A stretch of 64,000 nt of DNA from Takakia lepidozioides (GCA_030704615.1 CM060731.1:45942001-46006000), one strand, 5' to 3'. Shown: positions 50,814 to 63,406, counted from the stretch's first letter. Numbers and translations: made by a program. The notes: generated from the letters alone by a model not told the origin.

Positions 50814-53800
50814 GTGTATGCCAGCTATATTTCAGAGAGCAGCAGACACAATTCAGATAGGAACTAGTGTGCTACGCTGAGTTGGGTGTTTCCTAGAACA
50901 AATATAGGCTGTCATTGTCAACTGCTAGCAGCAAGGCAAAGATGAATGCTTGATTTGTGCAGAGGCATGGATAGCTAAAGGAGTAGAGATAGAATGTGGG
51001 TGACGTAGGGTGTTGGGCAATGGGCAAGACGTCTTTGTATAAACGTGAGTGACCTTCCTATCCTCCTGGCTCTCATTTTTTGTGCATGTTTCTTTGTGAA
51101 GTATCTGACGACTTCGCCAACACACACCAACATTTTTGCTTTGGTTTGTTTACGAGTCCATGGGATAGAAGTTACCATAAACAACACTGGCATTGGTTTT
51201 TCATATATGGTATTAGATAATTCTCTATTGTTTTTGCCTTGGCAGGTTGCTCAGTGACCTTCCCTAGACCCTTTGGAGTATAGCGAGTGAGAATCTCACA
51301 ATGCAATGTTGGTTGGCGCATCTTACGCAAGAACTTGGAAAAGAAACAGATGTCCTTGTTGTAATAATTCTTAAAGACATGCAAGCCTTAGTTTTTGATG
51401 AGTTGCAGATTGATGGAATACATAAGTAGTTAGAAGATTATGGGTGAACACTTTTCAAAGTGTTATAGTTAGACAATTAATTCACATGAGAACATGTGAC
51501 AATTTTATGTATTTTTAGATCGCGACAAAAATGATAATGATAAATATTGGTAAATAGAGATGGTGTACAATCTCTTGGTTTTGCTCAGCTTGTTGCAGTT
51601 ATGTCTTGCTGCTTTGTTCTCTTTGTATTATATATTATATTTCGTTGTTGTAATAGACATGTATATGAGTACTATCATAGTCATAATAATGACTACATCT
51701 ATTTTCACTCTCCAATAGTACTACACCACGTGGCAGAATTACAAATATGTAAATAAAATAGCAATACACCAAAAAAAAACACCCATCATGACACATGTCA
51801 ATCTGCTGAGGGACCACGTGTAAAAACTGCAACGCGCCACGTGTTGCAACCGGATTAGCACACCTGTAGTCATAGTTCGCAGTCATGGAGAACGAACACT
51901 TTTCCACGTGTCATTTCTTGTATCGAGCACGTGTCACTCTTGCACAGCCGCTGACATGGACTAACTGTCCGTTCAGTCATTCAGTAAAGCCAGCGTGTAT
52001 GACTACCCCCACAGCTGCTCAGCCACCACGTCACAGCCAGCCTGGAGAGTCATATCTGCCATGTCACAACTGACTAGGGCTTTACGTCTTCAGAGTTAGG
52101 AAGTCGTAAATGGCTTCCATGACTGCATTTGCAGTCATAACACAGAGACGTAAAAGCCGCAATCTGTTGTAGTGCACATTTCGTTTAGCTATAGTGTTGA
52201 ACACTCCCTTTTCATCCTCCATGCACCCACATCTGGCATATATGTCCACCAGGGCAATGTCCAGAATGACATCTGGTAATCTGACAGGCATTTACCTTTT
52301 TGCCTCGGTTGTCCCACCATTGAGTGGGGTCAAAAAAGTATTCATTCCACAGCTTCTCCTGATCTATGTTACCTGTTTTTGGATACTTTCCTGTTGTCAC
52401 ATTGGCAGTATCATATCAAAGTCACTCCAAACTAAATCCACTCAACCAGCTAACTTGCAGAATTCAACATGAAAATTTAGGGCTGATTCTGTTAAGAGGG
52501 AAAAACAGGGGGAAATGTATTGAAGAAGGTGCCTTCATTAGCAGTGCCTTGTTCTATCAATTGTGCTGCTGCAGCTGTTCTTTCCAATTGACCATCTACT
52601 ATTCTTGTAGCTATTGATCCACAGGGAATCAAAAGTAATCGTGTGTTTGAAATCCGGCCCTACGCTCCCCTTTGCATGCTCGATGCTCCCACATTTGGCA
52701 TACATGTCCACCAGGGTATTGTTCAGGATCACATCTGGTACAACTCCAGCCCTAACGATGTCGTCATGCACCTCTTTGCCTTTTTTCAGGGCTGCCAGAC
52801 TTGCACATGCATTGCAAACGCACACAAACATGATGTGGTTGGGCTTCACTCCTTCCCCCATCACTTAACATACATGTTGACAAGGGTGCTGATGAGAAAA
52901 ACATTTGGCGTGAATCCACTTTGGATAATGTGAGTGTGCACCTGCTTTCCAGCTTCCAGGCCTTTCACCTTGATGCACTTATGCAAGAGACAGACATACA
53001 TTTCTGAATCTGCTGAAATGCCTCCTTAGTCACTTAACGTGCGTTTTTCACACTCCCACTCGAAGCATTCGTGTCTTTTCCGAATCGACTGCATGTCCAA
53101 AACCACTGAGGGAACAACTTTGAGATGTTTGTTACTACTGCACAGTCGTAACGGATAAATTCGCATTTCTAATGGCGGATAGAAGTTGCATCAACGACTC
53201 CGCAGTCGGCGCAATATTCGCGGCGATTTAATTCAATTACGTAAATTGTTTTTTTTTCCCCTTAAAAACAGCAATTACAAGTGGTTTTAAGCACTAGAGA
53301 AGGACTCTTCACAACTAGGCATTCATTGCACACCCTATTCAAAAATGGAATTTTTATAAGTGCTCCACATGGCTCATGACGTGGAATATTTTAATGTATT
53401 TTAGGGCTTGTGTGGCTCGTAGAGATTGTTCTAATCGTCGGATGTAAAATGATCTAAGGGTGGAAGAGTAACTTTGTCTTTTGCCTGAATTTGTCTAAGT
53501 GTTGGGAGAGGGATGGAGGCTTGGGAGAGAGACGAGCAAGTGATGCGAGAAGGACAAAGACTAAATCGAGGCCCATGTCCTGTTGTTGCAAGCGTTTATG
53601 GCGTCAAGGGCGCATTATGTGCAAATGTGGGCTCTTGGCTCCCTTTTGTACCATGATTTGGTATTCTTCCTGATAATCACAAGGTTCTTGGGGGAATCAG
53701 CTTGGTCTTAGCAGCCCATATTTTAATCTCTGCCCGCTCAACTGCACCGTGGTGGTTCTTACGGACCAATCCCACATTACCTAACTGCAGATACAAGCAG

Positions 53801-53909
53801 CACGCACAAGAGGTCTTCTTGGGTTCATGGTCAGTCTAATCCGCAATGGGTCATGACACAAGGTAGAGGACAATGTGGTGAGGGCACCTTCTTCTTTGAG
53901 CTATTTCAG

Positions 53910-54740
53910 CCTGTTTTGCCGAGATGTAGTATCGTGGAGTGCGATTCATGCAGGGTATGCACAGCAGGGACGTGGGATGGAGGCTTTGGAGACCTATGAA
54001 GTTGCGAAGGGAGAGTTTGATAACATGGTTGAACGAGATGTTGTCTCATGGAACACGCTGAATCTCGCAAGATATGGCCAGCATGTGTGCGGGATGATGG
54101 CATTGGAGACATATGAGCAAATGTTGCGAGAAGGGGTGCAGCCTGACCGGGTCACGTTCATTTGTGTTTGCAATGCATGTGCAAACCTGGTAGCCCTAGA
54201 GACTTGGAGACCTGGCAAAGGGCAAAGAGGTCCATCGTGACATCGTCAAAGCTGGAAGTGTACCAGATGTAACAATACCTCGTCGACATGTATGCCAAAC
54301 GTGGGAGCATTCCCTTGTGGACAAGGAGTGTTCAACAATATGGCTGAGCGAAATGTGGTGTGGTGGAACGTGATGATCGCAAGACATGCACAACATGGGT
54401 GGGGATTGCGGGTTTTGGAGACCTATGAGCAAATGATGTGGGTCTAGGAGGTGAAGCCCGAGCACATTACGTTTGTTTGTGTTTGTAGTGCATGTGCGAG
54501 TTGTTGGAGGAGGGCAAAGAGGTCCACGGTTGCATCGTCAAAGCTGGAATTGTGGTAGATGTCATTCTGAACATGAATACCCTTTTGCATAGGGAGTGTT
54601 CAACAATATGCTGAGCAAAATGTGGTGTCGTGGAAAGTGATGATCGCAGGACATGCACAACAGGGGCAAGGATTGCAGGTTTTGGAGACCTATGAGCAGT
54701 TGATGTGGGAGGGGGTGAAGTCCGACCACATTACGTTCAG
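53910..54740 (+). pseudogene. Degenerate PLS PPR repeats of the second subfamily
   Basis: RDVVSWSA..AGYAQQGRGMEALETYE, EGVQPDRVTFICVCNAC; many indels. Confidence 0.8.
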
Positions 54741-55055
54741 AGAGTTCAAATGCCTCTCCACCATGACCTTGCTTAGCTAACCATGCCTTGCTGATGTTGT
54801 TGTCTTGCACTTGAGCTGTTTTTGGACACTGGCTGGAACATCCACAAGGCGGCTTTGCACGAGAGAGAAATCAGCTTGAATGCAGGGGCAGATTTTGAGA
54901 TCACAATCACCACTGGGTTGGTTTGAGAGGTGTTTTGTAAGTTTTGTAGTTTTGCAAAGTGCTTTTCATGAGTTTCATCCATAAACGTGTGTTAAAATGT
55001 CTGGCTTTAGAACAATTATGTTTTGATAGCTTTCATACTTATGTGCTAATGATTG

Positions 55056-56135
55056 CTAATGAAGGCACCTTCTTCAATTTCACCTTGTTTTCCCATCTTA
55101 TCAGAATCGCCCCTAATTATTCATGTCTGAATTCTGCAAGCTAGCTGGTTGAGTGAAGCTTTGATAGTTTGGAGTGACTTTGACATGATTCTGCCAATGT
55201 GACAATAGGAAAGTATCAGAAACAGGTAACACAGACAAGGAGAAGTTGTGGAATGAATACTTTTCTGACCCCAGTCAATGGTGGGACAAGCGAGGCAAGA
55301 AGGTGAATGTTTGTTGGATTATAGAGAGTAGCAGATGCAATTGAGCGTAGGAACTAGTGTGATAAGTTAAGTTGGGTGTTTCCTAGAACAAGTCTAGGCT
55401 GTCATCGTCAACTGCTAGCAACAAGGCAAGGTTGTATGCATGATTCGTATGAGGCATGGATAGCTGAAGGAGCAAGGATAGAGTGTGGGTGCAGATTCAC
55501 CCAAGAGGGCCGGACTTCAAGCTCCAGATTAACTATGAAGCTACAAGAAACCTGCATGGGTAGATGGTCAACTGGCAGCAACAGCACAATTGATAAAATC
55601 AGACATTGTTAATGAAGACATCTTCTTCAACACATTTCACCTTGTTTTTCCCTCTTATCAGAATCAGCCCAAAATTTCCATGTTGAATTTTGCAAGTTAG
55701 CTGGTTGAATGAATCTAGTTTGGAGTGATTTTTGACATGATACTGCTATGTGACAACACGAAAGTATCAAAAAACAAGTAACAGACATCAGGAGAAGCTG
55801 TGGAATGAATACTTTTCTGCCCACAGTCAATGATGGGACAACTGAGGCAAAAAGGTGAATGTCTGCTACATTTCAGAGAGTAGCAGACGCAATTGAACAT
55901 AGGAACTAGTGTGATAAGCTGAGTTGGGTGTTTCCTAGAACAAATGTAGGTTGTCATTGTTAGCTACTAGCAACAAGGCAAGGATGAATGCATGATTTGT
56001 GCAGGGGCATGGATAGCTGAAGGAGCAGGGATAGAGAGTGGTCCAGATTCATCCTAGAGGGCCAAATTTCAAGCACAAGATTACCTATGATTCTTTGTGG
56101 ATCAATAACTACAAGAAACCTCCATGGGTAGATGG
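55056..56135 (+). pseudogene. Tandem PDF modules (two ~553-bp units: linker, exon A, intron, exon B)
   Basis: EKLWNEYFSDPSQWWDKRGKK|gtgaat...cag|IHP(R)GPDFK repeated twice. Confidence 0.82.
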
Positions 56136-56944
56136 TCTATTCCGTGGAACTCACTGAAGTCTTGCATTATGAGGATCAGAACTGCTTGACAGCTTACTTG
56201 CACAAAGGCCTTGACCCTTAGACAATCCCCAGAGCAACAGTAGCTTTTGGGCTGCTTTTTTACTTTGTGTTTTTCATTTTGTCCCATAAGCTCTTTGAGC
56301 TTTCCGTAGATGTAATAAAGTTCCATTTTGTTTCATTTCATTTTGTTTCATGGCATGTCTTTCATCGTTTGTGCATTTCTAATGCATGATTAGTTCTCTT
56401 GTATGGCATTACATGCGTATGTACTAGTCGACTCACTACAAACACCAAAACTCCAAAGCATGAATCACTATGAATGATTGTTCAAGTAATCTCGAGCACT
56501 TCATTTAAAGTAGTAAAGCAGTGGTTGCGCCAACTTCCGCAGTCGCAATTGCCATTGGGCATGTAGCACTGCAAGTTATGTGGTCTACTACCACGTGGCA
56601 GCAATGCTGCTCGTCGTGGCGCCGCCACGTTGGCGTCCACATCGTCGTCCACGTCCGCGTCCATGTGTCACCGCGCTCGGTGAGTCGGTCCACTCATCCG
56701 GAGGGAAAAGTCAAAGTCAACCCAAAAGGTCAGACACACGGGCGGCCCGCCTGGTTACGCCACGTGGTTCTTCAGCATTAATCGCTTAATCGCTGAGCAG
56801 TTGTTCGCCCGTCTGCGTCCTTTACCACTCCAATCATTGGATGTCCAACCCAACTACCATGTCTGTTGTAACTAGTCGTTTGTAACTTCCAGTTGATCCC
56901 AGTTTTTTGACTTTTACGACTCAAAATGAGTCGTTACCCCAGTG

Positions 56945-58560
56945 GTAAATGTGATATTGTCCAGCTTCAAGCCTTCCTTTTGCATTCCTTCAAATAGTTG
57001 CAGGGCCTCCCTATGGCAACCGTGCTGGGCATATCCTGCCATCATCACATTCCACGACACCATATCTCGTTCAGCCATATTGTTGAACACTTCCTTTCCA
57101 TCCTTGACGCTCCCGCACTTAGCATACATGTCCACAAGGGTATTGTTCAGAATCATATTTGGTACAATTCTGCCTTTCACAATGTCAGCATGGACCTCTT
57201 TGCCCTTTTGCAGAGTTGCCAAGCTGGAACACGCATTGCAAACGCAAACAAATGTGATCTAGTGTGGTCTCACCCCTTCCCACATCATTTGCTCATAAAT
57301 CTCCAAAGCCTCCATCCCGTACCCATGCTGGGCATATCCTGCCATCATTGCATTCCACGTGCAGCCATATTGTCGAACACTCCATCCGCATCCTCAATGC
57401 ACCCACATTTTGCATACAAGCCCGCGTGGATATCGTTCAGAATCACATCTGGTACAATTCCAGCTTTTGCGATACAACCATGCACCTCTTTGCCTTTTTC
57501 CAAGGCTACCAGGCTTGCAAACGCACAGATGTAATGTGGTCGGGCTTCACCCCTTCCACCATCATTTGCTCATAGGTCTCCAAAGCATTTGTACCACACC
57601 CATGCTTCGTAAACCCCGCCAACATAATATTCCACGTGATCAAAGATGGTTGAGGCATTCCGTTGAACACTTGGTGAGCATCCATGATCCTCCCGTAATT
57701 AACATACATGTTGACAAGGGTGTTGAGTAGCTTGCTAAATCCACTTTGGATAATGTGAGTGTGCACCTGCTTTCCAGCTTCAAGGCCTTTCATCTTGCAC
57801 CTATGCAAGAGACAGACATAAGTTTCTGAATCTGCTGAAATGCCTCCTTGGTTTAAAGTCTGTAGGCCTCTTTCAGTCTACCTGCCTCACAAAGAATCTT
57901 CACATGCCCATAAGTGCCAGAAGAGGGATTGTGGACTCCCTCTCTTGATCCTCTTCCAAAGGTTGTGGTCATGATTGAGGTGCCTGATTTTATCAACCGT
58001 GCCGTTGCAGCTGCTGCCTTTAGTTGACCATCTACCCATGCAGATTTCTTGTAGCTATTGATTCACAGGGAATCATAGGTAATCTTGTGCTTGAAATCTG
58101 ACCCTCTTGGATGATTCTGTACCCACACTCTACCCCTGCTCCTTCAGCTATCCATGCCTCTGCACAAATCATGCATTTATCCTTGCCTTGCTGCTAACAG
58201 CTGACAATGATAGCCTAGAACAAATAAGAGGGAACCCACACTCCATCTCTGCTCCTACAGCTATCCATGCCTCTGCACAAATCATGCATACATCCTTGCC
58301 TTGCTGCTAGCAACATACAATGACAGCCTAGAATTCTTCCAGCAAACACCCCAACCATACTTATCAGGCTAGTTCCTATGCTGACTTGCATCTGCTTCCA
58401 ACATGCATTCACCTTTTTGTCTCCATTGTCCCACAATTGACTGGCATCAGAGAAGTGTTCATTCCAAAGCTTCTCCTCATCTCTCTTATCTGTTTTTGGA
58501 TACTCTCCTGCTCCCACATCGGCACTAACTTGTCAAATTCATTCCAAACCACCACAGATC
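56945..58560 (-). pseudogene. PDF-PPR fusion pseudogene: PDF exon A (~58555-58413), intron, then exon B running into PLS repeats
   Basis: From ~58115: NHPRGSDFKHKITYDSL*INSYKKSAWVDGQLKAAAATARLIKSGTS...YGHVKILCEAGRLKEAYRL, then after a frameshift GISADSETYVCLLHRC...GKQVHTHIIQSGF and further P-L-S motifs. Confidence 0.85.
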
Positions 58561-58708
58561 CACTGCAACATATGGCAAATGAAAGGCTACAACTAGGATG
58601 CAGACAACATATCCACGACACCACATTTCCTCACCATGGACCTCTTTTCCCTTTTCCAAGGCTGCCAGGCTTGCACATGCATTGCAAACGGAAACAAACA
58701 CGGACTGA

Positions 58709-58875
58709 CAAGACCAAGGTGACTCTCGCAAGAACCTTGTAAATATCAGGAAGAATACCAAATCATGGTACTAACAGGAGGCAAAGATTGAAACACGGCC
58801 TGGCAAGACCAAGGTGACTCTTGCAAAAACCTTGTAAACATCAGGAAGAATACCAAATCATGGTACTAACAGGAG
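58709..58875. repeat. Two-copy direct repeat (~72-bp unit, 95-bp period)
   Basis: CAAGACCAAGGTGACTC...GGTACTAACAGGAG twice. Confidence 0.88.
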
Positions 58876-58999
58876 CCAATATCCCACATTGGACTCCAGC
58901 ACCAGCCAACAATAATCCTGAAGCAACCCCGCTTGCCAAACCTATATAAACTTGTTCTAAATGCCAGGCCTTATCAACCTATGTAGCCATTGCGCTCTG

Positions 59000-59140
59000 G
59001 GGTGGTTTGGAGTGACTTTGACAAGTTACTGCTGATGTTGCAGCAGGAAAGTACCCAAAAACAGATAACAAGATGAAGAGAAGCTTTGGAATGAACACTT
59101 TTCCGACCCCAGTCAGTGGGGGGACAATGGAGACAAAAAG
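59000..59140 (+). pseudogene. Isolated PDF exon A copy
   Basis: VVWSDFDKLL...LWNEHFSDPSQWGDNGDKK|gtgagt. Confidence 0.75.
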
Positions 59141-59737
59141 GTGAGTGCTTGTTGGCCCTCTCTCTCCTTGGAACATCAAACAGAAGCAGGGAGGCAGGGA
59201 GGAAAAAGGTCAGTCTCAACGAAGTACCGTTCAAGAAGTTATTTTTCGGATTTTTCGGGCAATCCGGGCAGATAGAAAGAAATTGACGACGTACGACATG
59301 TGGCTACGAAACGTGGCGATGATGATGTGGCACTATGGCACCCTATTCCTGCTCTACGCTAAACTAGCTCTCGACCCTTCGGTCGTCGCTAGAATTTTAT
59401 AACCCTTGATAAACTGTTTTCCCTCTTTTGAGGGGTAACGAAACTGATTACACCTCATGGTGTACATGGGGTTTTACTTCCCCCCCCTAAATAATTCCAA
59501 ATAAAATTTCCACCAGGCCGGGCCTGGCGCATGTGTCCTTTGCTAAATTTAAAAAACAAGAAAAAAAAAGAAGTAAAAACAAGAAGTCGTTCCGGAGCAG
59601 CTTGCTACGACATTGTGATGAATCCCTCCGGAGCTGCAACTCTCCCTCAGCAGAAAAAACAGGTACAATCTGGGATGGGGCCAGCCCCAAAGAATAAGAA
59701 TGATCACCCTGGGGAGGGCGAGTTTAGACGTTTAGAC

Positions 59738-60366
59738 CAGTGTTGGTCGGTTCTCATTTTTTTCAAAGCTCATGAGGTTCAGGTTATACAAGTTGACTAA
59801 TGCAGTAATAACCTCGGACTCCAGGTGAAATATGCACATTGAATGACGGTTATTTGCAGATTACGGTTATGAAAATTTGAACAATATGTGTGGTCAGGTT
59901 ATTTGCCTTGGGGTGATATTTCAAGTCGGGTCTTTATTATAACAAATATAACCTACTTCTCAAGTCGGGTCTTTATTATAACCCAAATATAACCTACCTA
60001 CCATCGGATATAATCGAAGTACCCTAGGCAGGCTGCAGAACCTATCCCTCAGGTTCAACGTGCCATTTCAACTTCAATGTACATAATGAAAATAGGACAC
60101 CAAAAGAAAACTACTATTTGCCACGAAACCATAGCTACTATAAACGTTTCCGTCCACTTAAAAGATATCCGGGTCGGTTCTATGTCTTCAGATGCTATTC
60201 ACTCACAGGTTCAGGGTGTTTCACCGGGTATTTGAGTTGTCCAGTACCGGCGGTGTTCAGTGTGTATGGTTCTCTTTTTATGCTCATAACCTCCGGCTAT
60301 AGTTACCCTTACCCGGCAAATAAACTGTAATTAACCGGGTGGGTCCCTGATAACTGACCAACATTG
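59738..60366. mobile_element. hAT-like MITE
   Basis: TIR CA(G/A)TGTTGGTC(G/A)GTT; 8-bp TSD GTTTAGAC / GTTTAAAC. Confidence 0.8.
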
Positions 60367-60424
60367 GTTTAAACCCTTGTCTAAGTCATTGAATATACCG
60401 AGAAGACTTAGGGCCCCTTTATAC

Positions 60425-60710
60425 CACTAGGGCCCAAGACCAAGTGAGAATGGAGCGTTCTCATTGGCGGAGGCCTGAAAGTTTGGCCCAACGGCTTTAC
60501 ACCCGAGCCCAAGAAAATGGAAGTGGGTCATTTGCCTACATGGCACGGGCCAGCCCAAGAAAAAGGAACCCTCATGGTGTGGAGACCCAAGTCTCCAATC
60601 TCTCCACCCCCAAGAAGTTTGGTATTAAAATATAATATTTTTGTTTGATCATGACTGTAGAAATTGGTGATAAAAATTGGGCCCATGATTTCTTGGGCTT
60701 GGGCCTAGTG
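60425..60710. mobile_element. Small CACTA-ended MITE
   Basis: CACTAGGGCCCAAGACCAAG versus reverse-complement CACTAGGCCCAAGCCCAAG; flanks TAC/TAA; internal GGCCCA repeats. Confidence 0.55.
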
Positions 60711-61106
60711 TAATAGTTTGCCATAGCCTTTTGGCCATAGACCCAGTTCATAGGGGATAGGCACTACTTTTGAGGGGGCTCACTCAAGTACTGTGTGACT
60801 CACCTTCATATGAACAAATGGTCCCAGAGTTCGGATCCATGTTGCTTCCATTCTTATTGCTTCCTTCTTTCAGCTTCTTGCAGAAGAAGACTACTCATCA
60901 AATGCCAAAACCAGTTTGATCCAGAGCACTTTTTACTTTAAATTATTATCTTTAAGTGTAGAACCATCAAACGAGGGAAATATAACCTCACAATTTCACA
61001 CAGGGCCATGAAGGTTTGAACGGGGCTCATCCAACAGTCAAACCCAAGTTCTACTTTTCCTACTTTTCCAAGTAACACCTCAGCTTGTTCCCGGGCGGTA
61101 CTGCAC

Positions 61107-61230
61107 GAATGGAAGTGATGTGCGCGGGTACTTAGCATGGCCTCTGCTGGACAACTTTGAGTGGCATTAAGGCATCTCCAAACGTTTCGAATTATACTAT
61201 ATGGACTGGTTCAAGCAGCTCCTTTACCCG
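61107..61230 (+). pseudogene. C-terminal remnant of a GH1 beta-glucosidase
   Basis: [33 protein letters not shown]. Confidence 0.8.
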
Positions 61231-62899
61231 CATCTGCATTATGGATCAGTGCTCCTTACACGACTCTCTCCCTCTCTTTGTGCACTAACATTCTAGCGCG
61301 AGTACATCCTTCCCTTCTCTCTCAGTTGTTTTTGAGAAGGATAAACAGACATGTCACCTGCATCCTGGAGTACTGTTAACCCTGCTGAGCATATTCTTCC
61401 AATGGACTTGTTCTGAAGTGCACTCTCCTGTTATGAGGACATACACTGAATGGCGTCGGACACACCAAAGGATTCCACGTAAACTCTCCATGGGAAAAGT
61501 GGAATCTAAGTAAGACAATTTACACGGTTCTCTGGCTGTGACCACCGACTCTCCTCTTATCCAAGGTTGGTGAGCGAGAAAGACTGTAGTAACAGTTATA
61601 GGAAGCTTCGCTTTAAGGGACCAGGGCGGGCCTGTTTCATTCGTTACACAACTGTCATCCAAGAACCCTTGGGTGGCGATGAATGAAACCGGTACAGCCT
61701 TAATTTAGATGTACCATTAAAGGTTTCCACGAGCCATACGCGTCTAGCCGCTTGTGAAAGCCTAAGAAAAACACTTGATGAAAGCCTCGGGTAATTTTAT
61801 TGCTAGGGGGAAAAGGTGAAGTGATACCATTTGCTTGGACAAGAGTCATACCTACATACCGATGTTGGTCGACACTAGGATCGGTCGAGGAAGAGAGAAT
61901 GCGGGGCCAAATCCGGCATCAAAGCAATTAGCATAACAAGAAACCAACAAGAAAGGAACATCAACCAAGAATCAAGGGAGAGTGTTTTTGTTTTCTTTTC
62001 CAGCATACGATGGCATCAGACCCACGGGTACTAGAACTTCGACAAACAACTCGTTAACTACTCATTGACTCTTTGTAAAGTCTGAAAGCCCCTCTCGTGT
62101 TTCCTAGAAATGTTAACAGCGGGAACAGTGGTGACACGGCCATGTGTTGATGTGGCGTCATGGAGTGGACTCAGTCTTGGCAACCGCAGTTTGACATGAA
62201 GGCTGTGTTGATGCGGAGTGTGTGTTGTAATAACTCGCATCCGCATCTCGTGCCTCGGTTCCGTGTGTTCCTCGTCACGATTCTCATCCCAAAGTGTTTG
62301 TACATCTTTTGACCGATTTTGTTTACGGGGAGGGGGAACCACGAGTAGTCTAACTTCACCTAGTAGATGTGGACAGTGTGCGCAACGCACGTCTCTCAAG
62401 TGCTTTTCTGCTTGTCTCTACCTGCAATTGCAGGCGTCTCACCAAGTCATTCTAATGCAAATTCTCCAATCAAGCAATGCAAACAAAAATCTGTCGGGTG
62501 GATTCACACCCCTGTTCCCACCCCAGCACCTGTCCAAATTAGTATCGACTTATCTGTTCTGCGCATGCATTTAAGGATGAACTGCGAGGCCGTTGGAGCT
62601 GGGTCTTGAGAAGTAAGATATATCTGACGAAAGAGTAGAGTTTTGTCCTGGAAATAGATAAGCTTGCGTGTGAGAATTTTAAACAGATAGTTGGGAGGTC
62701 TTGTTCATAGACAAGTTTAGAAAAGGAAAGGCCTTGCTGGGGAGAGAAGAACACACTGGTCAGAACTTCAATTTTTCGTGAGAGGGTTCTGCTCACAGAC
62801 CATGGAGAATTGACATCAGTCCATTGCTGCAGCCCGGGAGAGATCAATAGAGTGATCTCGACAGAGATACGGACTTGCAAAAAATTCAGACCTGTCATT

Positions 62900-63406
62900 A
62901 TGGAATTAAAGAGGTTGCATGCAGCACAGGTATGGGTGACGATAGCCTCAGTGTTAACAAGTGCTGCAGCTCCTTCCTCCGCAGTAACTCGCTCGGATCC
63001 TGTGCTAGCTCACGGCCGTCGGCAGTGGGCCGAGACAGACAAGGTGCACCGGGGCGAATTTCCCAGGAGTTTTATCTTTGGCACTGCTGCTTCTTCCTAT
63101 CAGGTCTACAGACACTCTTGATGTTCATGAATCTAATGTCATTTAGCTTGCCGCGTTACGCGCTCGGCCAACTTGCAACTGTAATAGCAATATAGCAAAT
63201 CTAGAGGTAGTCTACATAGCCGTCAAGGGTGGCCCAATTTGTGCTCTTCAAGTATTTAGGATCGCAGCTAGCCCCTCATCAAGCAGCTGCGGGCGTTGAC
63301 GGGATACATGGATGTGTATGTACATATATGTTATTGCAGTACGAAGGTGCAGTGCACGAGGGAAGCCGAGGCTGTAGCATCTGGGACACTGCTAGTCATA
63401 CACCAG
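62900..63406 (+). CDS. GH1 beta-glucosidase, first two exons (62900-63103, 63340-63406); the rest is not identified in this window
   Basis: RGEFPRSFIFGTAASSYQ|gt...ag|YEGAVHEGSRGCSIWDT; typical plant GH1 exon layout. Confidence 0.88.

Larger units (their letters stand above)
47318..52174. mobile_element. Non-autonomous Pack-CACTA transposon with captured gene fragments
   Basis: TIR CACTACAACAGATTGC(A/G)GCTTTTA at both ends, 3-bp TSD CAC (47315-47317, 52175-52177), ATGAC/GTCAT-rich subterminal repeats, no transposase. Confidence 0.92.
45980..53030 (-). pseudogene. PLS-E-DYW PPR pseudogene (second subfamily) split by the CACTA insertion; DYW truncated after HSEKLAIG; PDF modules embedded at ~52285-52660
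   Basis: N-terminal L/S motifs ~52865-53030; repeats ALETYE(L/Q)MMGEGVKP; E domain 46103-46618; [13 protein letters not shown]...HHSEKLA. The CACTA flanks rejoin as RNVVSW. Confidence 0.85.
53104..56944. mobile_element. Candidate second Pack-type element with CACTG ends, carrying plus-strand PPR, PDF and 3'-flank fragments
   Basis: CACTGAGGGAACAAC versus reverse-complement CACTGGGGTAACGAC (12/15); right end truncates a PPR; no matching TSD. Confidence 0.4.

Noticed and set aside
61171-61181. Harbinger TIR-like GGCATCTCCAA
   Set aside because: Lies inside the GH1 remnant (GISKRF) and has no partner TIR.
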